NCBI GenBank assembly: GCA_963786955.1
Contig: CAWBAT010000005.1
Location: forward strand, 992,001-1,056,000
Source of the DNA: an uncultured Acidimicrobiia bacterium
Lineage (GTDB): Bacteria > Acidobacteriota > Terriglobia > Versatilivoradales > Versatilivoraceae
Direction of reading: 5' to 3'
DNA length: 64,000 nucleotides
The stretch's first letter is position 1, and each line of letters opens with the position of its first letter. Made by a program: the position numbers and the translations under genes. The notes beneath the pieces are model-generated. The model did not search any database and was not told the DNA's origin. It saw only the letters and a program-made list of their open reading frames with translations. Positions 44,980 to 55,606 of the stretch are shown here, piece by piece.

Positions 44980-45277
44980 GGCCCGGTTTTATGGATCCCT
45001 TGAGGTGACCGAAACTCCAAGTATTTTCAGCCTCCTCAGAAATTAAGGGGAGGAGAAATTTGGAATCCGACCGATAATCCCCAATCCTCGGGTTGCAGGG
45101 CCTGGCTGAACCCTACAAACCGAGGTTGAGAGGCTGTATTTCCTCACTAAATTCGGTGAAAACCCTCCCGTGCTTCCTTCCTATTTTCGGGTTTCCTCTT
45201 CCTTTCCAATCAGGCTTGGTGGTAACATCTTTTCAAATCCACCAGAGTTCCATCCAATTCTAAAAGGAGAAAAGACG

Positions 45278-45799
45278 ATGACGATTTTCGGGAAGAGTCT
45301 TTCCGAGTATGTACGCTTTCAGAAGGCCATTCTCTGGTTTATCGCAATCGTGGGGTTGGGAAGACTTGCGCTTTCCATGGCAGGGATACCGAATGCCACC
45401 ACAAAGCTAGTCAGTATTTCCGTCGCTACCTTGTTGGGCTGGCTCTATGTATCGTACAAGGTGAACAAGAAGCAGTTCGGGGGTTATAAGCAATTGCTGC
45501 CGTTAATAGCCATTCAAACGCTTACGGCCAATATTCTCGTTAGCGCCGCAATTTCCCTGGCCATTTTTACAGGCAAAGGGAATATTTATACGGCTCCTGA
45601 ATACAGTGGTGGCGGGGACGGAAAAACGTGGGGGCACGCAGGAGCCCACTTATTCCTGGCTACGATAATTGCTTCCCTAGTCGGCTGGGGTCTTGGCTCG
45701 CTCGTGCTCTTCATCGCCCGGAAAGCCTCAGCCAAAAACCAAGGGACATCGTCTCAGAGCGAAAGCAAGAGCAGAGCAGCAGGAGCAGGCACAAAATAA
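45278..45799 (+). CDS. Hypothetical membrane protein (about 4 TM)
   Basis: AAGGAG SD before ATG 45278; hydrophobic segments; NIYTAPEYSGG loop. Confidence 0.75.
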   Translation: MTIFGKSLSEYVRFQKAILWFIAIVGLGRLALSMAGIPNATTKLVSISVATLLGWLYVSYKVNKKQFGGYKQLLPLIAIQTLTANILVSAAISLAIFTGKGNIYTAPEYSGGGDGKTWGHAGAHLFLATIIASLVGWGLGSLVLFIARKASAKNQGTSSQSESKSRAAGAGTK

Positions 45800-45880
45800 G
45801 CGGGATTAGAATACGCCTGAAGTTGGATCCTGTCCGATTCCGCTTCTGGCGTGTTTGGATTGTTACAGTGAACAAGAATT

Positions 45881-46069
45881 CTAGCTGATTCCCTCTGGCG
45901 GTGGTAGCTCACGGTCACCGCGCCCTCCGAAGTAAAGATAGAGGGTCGGTAGCACGATCAAGATGATCAGGGTTGCCGAAACTAGGCCTCCAATAATTAC
46001 CACCGCCAGCGGCTTCTGAACCTCCGATCCAATTCCTTTTGAAAATGCCATAGGAAGCAAACCCAGCAT
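45881..46069 (-). pseudogene. 3' fragment of a CusA/CzcA-type RND efflux pump
   Basis: LGLLPMAFSKGIGSEVQKPLAVVIIGGLVSATL...VLPTLY matches the last two TM helices only; the rest of the ~1000-aa gene is absent. Confidence 0.85.
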
Positions 46070-46179
46070 GAATTGAGCTTCCCTCGTCAACCACTTACCT
46101 CAAAAGAAATAGTCACAAGCAGTCCCGAAAACCCCTAAGTACTGCTATTCGTAATTGCGGTGATATATCTTAAGATAGG

Positions 46180-46204
46180 CGCCGCGTGGGGTCACGCGGC
46201 CTAC
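46180..46204 (-). repeat. GTAG-family REP palindrome (intact copy)
   Basis: Minus strand GTAG-GCCGCGTG-ACCC-CACGCGGC-G. Confidence 0.85.
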
Positions 46205-46211
46205 AAAGTTG

Positions 46212-46972
46212 ATAGGGGTAGGAAGAGCCGATTCATTTCGGCCCCTCCCCCCTCCGAACCGGACAGGCGGATCTCCCGCATCCGGCTCTCCAGTTGGTGG
46301 TTTTACCTGAAACAGGATTGACCGACTTCCCCAAGACGGTGTCCAGAGTTCCGCTTGGTTCAGCAAAGTAAGTTGTTTTACTTCCATCCTCCGAGGAGGA
46401 TCGTCAACATGCGTAACTTCCAGAGCGACCGTTTCCTCTTCCTTGCAACCGAAGAGGCTTCTCCGACTCGCTTAGCCCAAGGGCACTCACGCCGGTTAGG
46501 TTTAGATCCCACTTTCCGTTACTCATCCACCTTCCTGCGTCCCTTCGCTCCATCCCCGTTACGAGACTTCGCCGCTACTATGGACGCTCTGACTCCTGTC
46601 AGCTCGGCTCTTCGGTCCTCTACCAGCAACATGAACACCGTCTCTGTTCGCCAACAGGTCTCCCTGATTCACGTGTCTGACCTTCCGATCCCTCCGTCTC
46701 CAACCACCCCCCAGGCCCTCGACGTCGATTTCGCACGCTACCCCTCATCGCATCGAGTTTCCCACTCTCGTGGGTCTAGGTTTCACCTTTGCCTAGCAGG
46801 CTCACCGACTCTGACAGGCCGAATCGAGTTTCTTATCGTACGGATGGATCGTTCACCTCCTGTTGCTCCCCACCCCGCCTCGCGGCGACGCAGTTACAGT
46901 TGGTTACAGGCCGGAGAGCGTATACCTGAAGAGGACTTCCACCTCTCCAATCAAACACGCTTTCAGGCGCAC
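46212..46972 (-). ncRNA. ORF-less group II intron (IIB-like), 761 nt
   Basis: 5' end GTGCGCC; DV at 46256-46288 GAGCCGGATGCGGGAGATCCGCCTGTCCGGTTC with AGC triad; DVI with bulged A (46219) and AT end; DIII-like GGAGTCAGAGCGTCCATAGTAGCGGCGAAG...GCGAAGGGACGC; DIV only ~235 nt with no RT ORF. Confidence 0.93.
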
Positions 46973-46995
46973 TAGGCCGGGTCACCGACCCGGCG
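46973..46995 (+). repeat. GTAG-family REP palindrome interrupted by the intron between G (46211) and TAG (46973)
   Basis: Removing the intron restores G|TAG-GCCGGGTC-ACC-GACCCGGC-G. Confidence 0.85.
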
Positions 46996-47182
46996 TTAAC
47001 GTTACCGTATTTATGAAAAGCAGTACTAAGACCGGGATCTTGAGCCAAGAAAGAGCCCCTGGAAAATGACTCAAGGAATTCAGGTGAAGGGTCCCAGCGA
47101 AAGTTAACAATCAGGCAGCCAGGGGTATACTTCTCATCTTCCTTGGACTCTTGGCGTAAAACATACCGGCAATCTAGCCTGT

Positions 47183-47422
47183 CTATTCAATGGTCTTGTC
47201 AATGGTCTTGCCTGGATTTGAGGTCTTGGAAAGGCGAATCAGCGAATCGATAGCTCGTACTGCCTCATGGTGACTGGCATAGACGATTCCGAGTTCTTTA
47301 CTCGAAACAATTCTCGGCCCCTCGTAGAGTTCTTCGGAGACAATGAAACCGCCGTGCTTAGTCTGGATCTCAAATTTGATGCGATCATATCTTCGGGTCA
47401 AATGAGTATCTTGTACGTTCAT
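47183..47422 (-). CDS. Small hypothetical protein (79 aa)
   Basis: ATG 47422 MNVQDTHLTRRYDRIKFEI...; 3' part of ORF 47183..47758, whose 5' part overlaps the sigma factor gene. Confidence 0.45.
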   Translation of the reverse strand: MNVQDTHLTRRYDRIKFEIQTKHGGFIVSEELYEGPRIVSSKELGIVYASHHEAVRAIDSLIRLSKTSNPGKTIDKTIE

Positions 47423-47671
47423 GGTCGCTTTTTTAACCTGAGTTGAAGATTCTCCTGAAGTGGCTCGAACCAGCCAGCGGATAGATAATAGAAAGAATAA
47501 AACTTGCCTACTCGCCCAGCAACTGCAAATTCGTTTTTGCAGGTCCACCTTGTCGCTGGTAAAAAGCTGTTTAGCGATTCCAATCGAGGCCCGGCATATA
47601 ATGAGTCCGAAACAATAACAGAAAAGGTCCTGATTTTGAGGAACTTTTCTGCTTTCTGAAATGAATAAAGA

Positions 47672-48315
47672 ATGTTGACCGAATTCGAGTCCTTGACTGG
47701 AAAGATGGCACCCTCTAATCCACTGAGCCCAGAAGTCGAATTGCTCCAGCGCATGCATAAGGGTGACGAGGACGCGTTTTTGGTCTTGTATCGGCGCTGG
47801 CAGGGGGGGATCTTTCGTTTTGCTCTACAAATGAGCGGAAGCGAATCGATCGCAGAAGATGTGACACAAGAAGTTTTTTTGACTTTGATGAGAGAGCCGG
47901 CTCGATTTGATCCAAATCGTGGGGCGCTCTCTTCTTACCTCTACGGTATTTCCAGGAACTTAGTCCTGCAAGCTTTGCATAAAGGACGCCTGCTCATCCC
48001 TTTAGAAGAAGAGGGGGACTTTCATGAAATCCTCGTCGACCCTACGACTTGCTTGACGATTTGACACGACAGGAAGGCATTGCAGCCGTTCGTCAAGCCG
48101 TGCTGGCGCTTCCGCCTCATTACCGGGAGGCTGTTGTGCTCTGTGATTTGGAGGAATTCAGCTACGAGGAGGCCGCAGAAGTCAGTGAGTGTGCGGTGGG
48201 AACGATCCGCTCTCGACTGAATCGAGCTCATAAATTACTGCTGGAGCGACTCAAGAAACTGAAAGGGGTCCACTCTGGCCCCACAGACCATCGAGTGGTA
48301 AGGAGTTTGGTATGA
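47672..48315 (+). CDS. ECF RNA polymerase sigma factor, frameshift near 48050
   Basis: GDEDAFLVLYRR, AEDVTQEVFL, region 4 LPPHYREAVVLCDLEEFSYEEAA...GTIRSRLNRA. Confidence 0.92.
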
Positions 48316-49177
48316 ATTGTCAGGAATTCGAAAGCCTTGTCCATGCTCTGGCTTCAGGTCGGCTTCTAAACGCGCCCCAGCAAGCACGGGCTCGCACGCA
48401 CGCTGAGAGTTGCTCTTTGTGCTTGACTCGATTCCAAAATGAACGCGTCTTGGCAACCGCACTCAGGGCAATCGCGGCAGAATCTCGAGAGAAGCAATCT
48501 CCCGTCAGGATCGAGAATGCGTTGATCGATGCATTTCGTGGAGCAAAAGATAGTGCCAGCCCGGAAGCAAAGCTTGCTGTTCCAGACCCACGGAAACCCT
48601 ACAAATGCGTTTTCCGGCACTCGAACAGGTCATGCAAATGGCCGGGCATGGACTTATCGCGGCGGCGGCTTCCGCTCTGTTGCTGGCTGGGGTCGGATTC
48701 ATGCACTGGCGAGACCGGTTTGCAGAACGGGCATCTTCTCAGACTTCAAGATTAAATGTCCTCCAGAGCCCGCCATCCTCCACTCCTTTGGGTCAAGTCT
48801 CCGTCGTTCCACAGCACTCTTACCCCCGCGTCGGCTGCCATTCCAAAGATCAAGAAGGGTAGCCACGCAGGAAAGGGTCACAATTCCAGCGTCCAGGAGA
48901 AATGTGAATCGCAAGCTGGATTCAACCTTCGGAAGAAGAAATCGGACCACGCGAAATAGATACGAGCTTTCTTCCCGTGATGGCAGCTAGTCCCTTGGAG
49001 CCAACAGAATCGGGGCATCTCATTCGCGTGAATCTGCCTCGTTCTACTATGGGAAGATTCGGGTTCCCAATCAGTGCCGAAAGAATTGAGGAACCCGTGA
49101 AAGCCGATGTCCTGATCGGAGAAGATGGGGTGGCAAGAGCCATCCGTTTCGTTTACACGACTGAGGCGCTGCCATAA
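48312..49177 (+). CDS. Putative zinc-binding (ZAS-type) anti-sigma factor, frameshifted
   Basis: MNCQEF...HAESCSLC, TM AAAASALLLAGV, C-terminal IRVNLPRS...VKADVLIGEDGVARAIRFV; ATGA-coupled to the sigma gene. Confidence 0.75.
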
Positions 49178-49302
49178 CCCTGGCCGGTAGAGGGTTTGCG
49201 ACGTAAACTGACTACATCTACAGCCAAATGGTTTGAGTTTCTTCAATAGGAACAAAGCATTTTAATCATCGAAAATCTAATTCTAATAAGAAAGGAGATT
49301 TC

Positions 49303-50400
49303 ATGAAAAATTTGGTATTTAATATGGGGGTCATCGCTGTTTTCTTCTTTGCCTTGATTCCATCCGAGCGCGCATTGTCCCAACAGCGGACAAAAAATAA
49401 AGCACTCGCGCCCGAGGAAAGTGATGTTCTTGTCACAACTTCCGCGGTGGCGGTCCCACTTCCACCCCCGGGGGCCGAAGGAACAGTCGTGATCGGAGGC
49501 GGTATCGGTGCGGGAAGCCCAGGAGCAGGAATGATCCAGTTTGCCGTCAGCGACGTGGGCCTGGACATCGCTGCGAAACCTGTGAAGGGAGCGCCCTACT
49601 CTGCTGAGGCTACGACGGAAACCGTCCAAACCCTCAGTGACGGAAACCGGATTCAGCAAAAAAACAGTTCCATGGTTTATCGGGACAGTGAAGGAAGGAC
49701 CCGTCGCGAACACACCGTCGGCCCCATGATTCCCCTGGCTGGCGGAGACGAGCCCCCCCAATTGATTTTTATCAATGATCCGGTTGCCGCGAGTGAGCTA
49801 TATCCTCAATCCAAAAGACCACACGGCCAATAAAATGGTGCTCCCTTCGGCAATGAAACCTCCTACGCCTCTGGCTGGTGGCGGAAGTGGGACTCTCAAG
49901 GCTGGCAAAGGATGTGACCTTCGAAAAGAAAGTGATGCGCCCCGGGACCTGATGGGCCTTTTTTCTTCCAAAATTTCCGCACACAACTCGATGCAAAACC
50001 GGAAACAGAACCTCTCGGGAAACGCATCATTGAAGGAATAGAAACTGAGGGGTACTCGTTCAATTTTGACGATTCCGGCGGGGCAAATCGGGAATGATCA
50101 GCCCATCCAGATTGTCTCCGAACGCTGGTATTCACCAGAACTTGAGACTGTGATACTTTCAAAGCACTCGGATCCGCGTTTTGCGGAAACCACTATCGTT
50201 TGACCGGCATCAGTCGCAGCGAACCGTCCAAGTCTTTGTTCGAGATTCCAGCGGACTACACCGTCAACGAGGGCAGCCTGCCGTGCCCGCAATTGGATAT
50301 CGTAAGAGAATCGTCGCAGGGAACAATTGATCGCAACTCCCCTCACCTAAAGGCAAAACGTGAACAGGTGAACCTCGGCAGGTGTAGAGGTGCCAAGTAG
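49303..50400 (+). CDS. Exported hypothetical protein, frameshifted; end approximate
   Basis: Signal peptide; PVKGAPYSAEATTETVQTLSDGNRI...YRDSEGRTRRE...INDPVA; IGNDQPIQIVSERWYSPEL; EPSKSLFEIPADYTV. Confidence 0.75.
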
Positions 50401-50508
50401 ACTGAGGATTGAATGCGAAGAAGACTGCATTCCCCCTCGTTCCTGTTCAATTCGGGCGGGGACAAGTTTCAATTTGGGGAAATTGATGGAAGCTAAACAT
50501 GAAGGATC

Positions 50509-51435
50509 CTATTTTCTTTTGATTGCTGTTGCTCTCGGCCTGCCCTTCTTCGGACCCTGAAGGGAATCATCGCTGAGATCCGGTTTACCGGCCTGTTCCC
50601 AAGCTGCCGTAATCATGGCAGCAACGGCTGTGATCGACGCATTCAACTGGTCCGCCAGGATTGAACCCGCCATCTCAAAAGAACGTGTCATAGTAAACTT
50701 CGTCATAGTCCCTTCGATTTGAGGCGGCTTTTTTGTCCGCTTTTAAAATGGGATCCGCCTGCAGGAAGCTTTTCAATAGCGAATCAAAAATAAAGTCTCG
50801 AGGATTTGAAATCGGAAATATTGGCGCAGGCTGGATATTCAATCGGTCCCGAAAACGAAGAAGGAGGTCTGATTCAAAACGAAAGTGCAGACCACTTTGC
50901 CCGGTCAATTGGCCATTATAATTGCTGATGGCGTGCAAGGGAACTTGGGCATCGCTCACGTAATGTGCAATCACCGCCGCAAAGAATTGAATTCGTCTCG
51001 GGAATAGTGATTCCGTTCTTCATGATATTGTCGGAATGCTCCGAGTAGCTGATCAAAAACCTGAGCAGTCTTCCATGGCAATAAACCTTCCTTTTCAATT
51101 TTCTCTCGACCGAACTTTTGCGTTGCCTTTTGGTAGTCCCGTGGCAATTCATCAAAAGGGTAGCTGCCATAAGCGTCCAAATCGAGAAAATGGCGAGTCG
51201 TCTCCTCCGTCAAATCCGGCCAACCGCCAAAGATCAGGGTCTATCGAATGCTCGACCACAAATGCCCGGTGCCTCTCGAAGAAGGGTCGTATCGGGTCAG
51301 GAAGAAGGGTGAGAGCCTCCCCGGTAATAAACCGATGTCCGTCATTCCCCCAAGCCCAGCAAGGGATTGCCCCCGAACTGCAGGAAGAAACAGAATGGAT
51401 GAAACCAGAAACAGTCTTGCTGAAGAGGGCAGCAT
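50509..51435 (-). CDS. Secreted S1/P1 nuclease / zinc-dependent phospholipase C family protein, frameshifted
   Basis: AWGNDGHRFI mature N-terminus, SIDPDLWR, HFLDLD, GLLPW, HYVSDAQVPLH, GLHFRFES. Confidence 0.8.
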
Positions 51436-51444
51436 TGGTATCTT

Positions 51445-53256
51445 CTATTGATTCACGTTGAGTGGGGACAGATAGAGCGGTGTATTTTCTCGCCTTAGCC
51501 GAGGACCGCAGCTCATTTCCCGCTCTCCGATTTGCTGGCGCCACATGGCATAATAGAGCCCTTTCAATTCCAGCAGTTCTCGTGCCTTCCAGACTCCACG
51601 ATTCTCCCTTTCTCCAGGACATAGATCCGTTCAGCATGGAGGACTGTCGATAACCGGTGGGCGATCAGGATGCTGATCATTTCTCGTTGCGTCGAGATCT
51701 CACGGATGGTTCACTGATCTCTTCCTCAGTTAGAGAGTCCAGAGAAGAGGTTGCTTCATCAAAGACGAGCAAATTCGGCTTTCGAAGCAGAGCTCGTGCA
51801 ATGGATAAGCGCTGTTTCTCACCGCCGGAGACTTTCACACCGCCTTCTCCGATAACCGTGTCCAGACCCTTGTCGGCTCTCGCTAGAAGGCTCTGGCAGG
51901 CGGCTTTCTCCAAAACCTCCAGGCACTCAGCGTCGGTGGCTTTAGGATTTACAAAGAGCAGGTTCTCCCGGATCGATCCGGAGAAGAGCTGGGTGTCCTG
52001 AGTGACGAAACCAATGCGATTTCGGAGGTGTTCCAGGTCTACTTCGCTCGACGCAATCGCCGTTGTAGAAGATTGTGCCCTCTTGTGGGATATAAAGACC
52101 GACTAGCAACTTAACGAGCGTGGATTTGCCGGCGCCCGAAGGTCCTACAAACGCAATCGTTTCTCCTCGCTCAACCGCAAACGAGATTTCCTCCAATGCC
52201 CGCTCTCGTAGCGGACCGGTGCTGAAAACTAACCCTCGAAAATTCTAACTGGCAGATGTCGGGTAGGATCACCGGATTTACCGGTTTTGGTTCCTTGGGG
52301 GTATGCATGATCTCTTCAAAATTGGCCAATGAGACCTCTGCCTCGCGGTAAGTATTAATGACACTCCCCAACTCCTGAAGGGGTCCAAAAATAAAAAAGC
52401 TATAAATCCATAACGCAAAAAACTCCCAACAGTTATTTGTCGCGCAAAGATCAAATACAGCATCATGAATAGAATGCTGTTCCTGAGAAAATTGACCGAG
52501 GTCCCCTGAATAAAGCTCAAGCTTCGAAGATATCGCACTTTCTTCAGTTCCAAGGCAAGAATCTTGGCCGTTGTGTTATTCAGACGTCGGATTTCCTGCT
52601 GCGCCAAGCCCAGGCTCTTGACTAATTCAATATTGCGCAATGATTCGGTCGTCGCTCCGGCTAGCGCAGTGGTCTCAGTCACAATCACTTTTTGGATTCT
52701 CTTGATCTTCTTGCTGAGGACTGAGCTGAGAATTCCAAGCAAAGGGACCGTCATAAAATAGACGGGAGCAATGGCCCAATGGACGCTCAAAGCGTACCCC
52801 ATGACAAAAACGACGCCGACCAGAGTTGTAAAAACAACATTGATCGCCACATTGATCAACTTCTCCACATCCGAGCGTACCTTTTGCAGTTTCCCGAGCG
52901 TTTCGCCGCTACGCTGATCTTCGAAAATACTATAGGGCAATTCCAGTGAATGCCTCAGCCCATCCGTATAGATTTGAGCGCCTAAGCGCTGGGTAATGAC
53001 ATTAATATAATAGTCCTGAAAATTTTTGGCTACCCGGGAGACAAAGGCAACCCCAATGGCTGCTGCCAGCAGGAGACTGACTCCCCGGAAAAATTCCATG
53101 GTCGTGTAATCCTGATAGCGGGTGGCATATTGGTCAATCAAGTGACGAAAAATCCAGGGATCAAGCAAGGAAAAAATCTGGTTGATGGCTGCGAGCACAA
53201 GAGCCAGCAACCACGAGTTTCCAATGACACTTCAAGTAGGAAAAAAGGAGTTTCAT
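51445..53256 (-). CDS. ABC exporter, fused permease/ATPase (MsbA-like), frameshifted; end approximate
   Basis: TM domain, [40 protein letters not shown]. Confidence 0.88.
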
Positions 53257-53416
53257 GAGTCTGATGACAGTCGGTAGGGGTGTAAGAATTCTGATGATGC
53301 AAACAAATTTCTAGCCTAACTTATGCGGGCCGATTTGTCACTCGATGTGAGTGTCTTCAGCAGCCGATGGGGGTGGGCGGAGGTGACGAGGCTTCAGTGG
53401 CCTCGAATCCACAAAT

Positions 53417-54536
53417 CTAATCAGTTTTTCGGCGTGGAGCTTTTGAATGATAAGTCAGACATTCCGCTTCACGGAAGGGACAAATGGAGAGAATGGATTT
53501 AACATCCCAGCTCCCGTTGATTCGGGAAAGAATAAAGCCTTCCTTGGGTCCGAGTTCGGTGGTCGTGAGCACATCAATGGAAACGGTTAGAAACGGGATC
53601 GCGTCTGGCCGAATGACGGAATGATAAATTTGGCGGACAAGCATGGATTCTGCAGCGACCAGCAACGCTCCGGCTTCGGCGTGATTCGGATCCAACTCCA
53701 GAAAATTAGTCAAGAGATCTAAGGCTTCCGCAGCCTTTTCATGCTTGACATATTCCTTAGCCCGCTCTAAGAGGTCGTCCGTGGTCTCTAGATATTCCGG
53801 GAGTGGCGGCAGTGGGTGCACTAGCTTAGGAAGTTCATCAAGCACTTGGATAACTCCCTCGCAAAGCAGAGCTATAAAGCAAGGAATAGACATGAAATGG
53901 AGAAGCATGCATGTTGTAGCAGATCTCACCCACCGTCAATTGCTTCTTGATATACCAGAGGACTTTGGGGAGGTGGCTCCCAGCGGTCACGTCATGGAGA
54001 CTTTGCCCTGGGACAAGACCCAACACAATCCGATCAGAAGGAATCCGGGCCCGGTAACGTTGCCATTCATCTACCCGATAGATGCCTTCCATCACAACAC
54101 TGGTAGGTCTGATTTGAATCCGAATGAGGTCCTGGGGAAGCAGGGCATTGTCTTCAAAAGCGAAATCTGCCTGCTCCCATAAGAAAAGCTCGTAGATAAT
54201 TTCGAGGGCTCTCTCGCGCAGAAGTTCCATCATTTCGCCGTCATGGATAAGCCCCAGATGCACGAGTGCACGGCCCAGAGGGATCTTCAGCTGCCGGTGC
54301 TTCTCCATCCCTGCCTTAAGACCGGTCTCATCAATTTTTCCATAGTGCAAAAGGAATTGCCCGAAATACTCTTTGGGGTCATTCGAACTCGACCCCACGA
54401 TGATCCCTTTTTCAAAAAAGACCATCTTGGTGATGTTCTCGTGGCGCACCCTCAGGATCCCGCTCTTCTGGCTTATCTCCAGAAACTGTAACAGGTCGGC
54501 CACATTCATTGTCGCTAGACTGCCCACAATACTCAT
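53417..54536 (-). CDS. DUF4388 (PatA-N-like) domain protein with TPR-like segment, frameshifted
   Basis: MSIVGSLATMNVADLLQFL...KSGIL, YFGQFLL, PLGRALV, IYELFLW, EGIYRVDEW; EGFILSRING. Confidence 0.8.
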
Positions 54537-54752
54537 TAACGATCTCCCAGGAACTATCCCAAGAGGCAAATGCTAATGAAGGCTGCAATCGGAATGCCAC
54601 ACCCTTCCCGGCATATGCGCATAAAACAGCTCAACTAATTCCTCGGCCTTCATCCTAACTATTCGTCAAGTTGCTGTTAAATCTTGAGCTTATCTCTGGA
54701 TGAGTGCAATTGAATGAACTTCGAGCTTGTCCAAGGCGGGCGGCGCTTGAGC

Positions 54753-55257
54753 TCAAATTGTCGGTTCCGGCATGCCCCACAGAGACCATTCTTCGCGGGC
54801 TGGGCCATAGACTCCGGGAACTTTCAATCCGGCCTGGCGCATCAAGACGGTCATCTGGCCACGGTGATGAGTCTGGTGAGCAATCAAGGCAGTCAGAGTA
54901 AATCCCCGTTTCCACATATTCCCATACATTTCGTCGCTCTCTTCGAGGCTCTCATCGGTCCATTTAGATTTCATCTCCTCCATAAGGGACAATCCAGCTT
55001 CTTCGTAGGCCCGAAGGATATCTTTCATTGAAGAAGGAACATCCGAATTTTCCTCAGGGCCTTTAACAGAGAGGCCAGTCTTAGTGATCATTTCAGGAAT
55101 TGTCATAACAATATGCCAGGCGAGTCGCCCCAGTGTCCTACCACCCGGCTCGACGCTCTGAGGAAGACAACGATCCGGAATGTGCTTGAACACTTTCCTG
55201 GTTGAATCCAATCTCCTGCATCCAAACGGATTCAAAATCCTGTATTTTTCTGAACAT
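54753..55257 (-). CDS. DinB/YfiT family protein, frameshifted near the start
   Basis: GRTLGRLAWHI, HQTHHRGQMTVLMRQAGLKVPGVYGP. Confidence 0.88.
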
Positions 55258-55574
55258 GGGTATTTTTCTCCTTTGGGATCACGAAAGTTCCTTTTCGCCC
55301 TTAACGAAGGTAAGGGGTCAAGATTTGACTGAACAAGATAAACGCAGGGGCCAAAGCTGACGTCAATGGAGGGTCGTGAACGTCGCGTGGGTAGGCCCCG
55401 TCACATTGCAGGGGCCATACTTGCAAGGTAGAGACACTGGATCTCTGGATTCAAACACAAGTGAAGTAGGTCTGGTCAGCTGGTCGTAAATCAACTGGTG
55501 ATTTCCCGCTAAAAGAGCGGCGCGGGCCAAGGACCTTCTGCGTGAAACTCAAAAAATGCTCAGGGGAAAAGTGT

Positions 55575-55606
55575 GCGGCCTGAATCCAGCGTAAAATTCA
55601 GGCCGC
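55575..55606 (-). terminator. Possible terminator hairpin downstream of the DUF1501 genes
   Basis: 11-bp perfect stem GCGGCCTGAAT / ATTCAGGCCGC with a 10-nt loop, followed on the minus strand by ACACTTTT (weak U tract). Confidence 0.35.

Larger units (their letters stand above)
46139..47026. mobile_element. MITE (127 bp without the intron) with 25-bp TIRs and TAA direct repeats, carrying a REP doublet
   Basis: Left TIR 46139-46163 GTACTGCTATTCGTAATTGCGGTGA versus the reverse complement of 47002-47026 GTACTGCTTTTCATAAATACGGTAA (20/25). TAA at 46136-46138 and 47027-47029. Confidence 0.75.

Noticed and set aside
46355-46975. 206-aa plus-strand ORF over the intron
   Set aside because: It is antisense to the group II ribozyme, has no RT motifs, and has low-complexity S/P/R composition.
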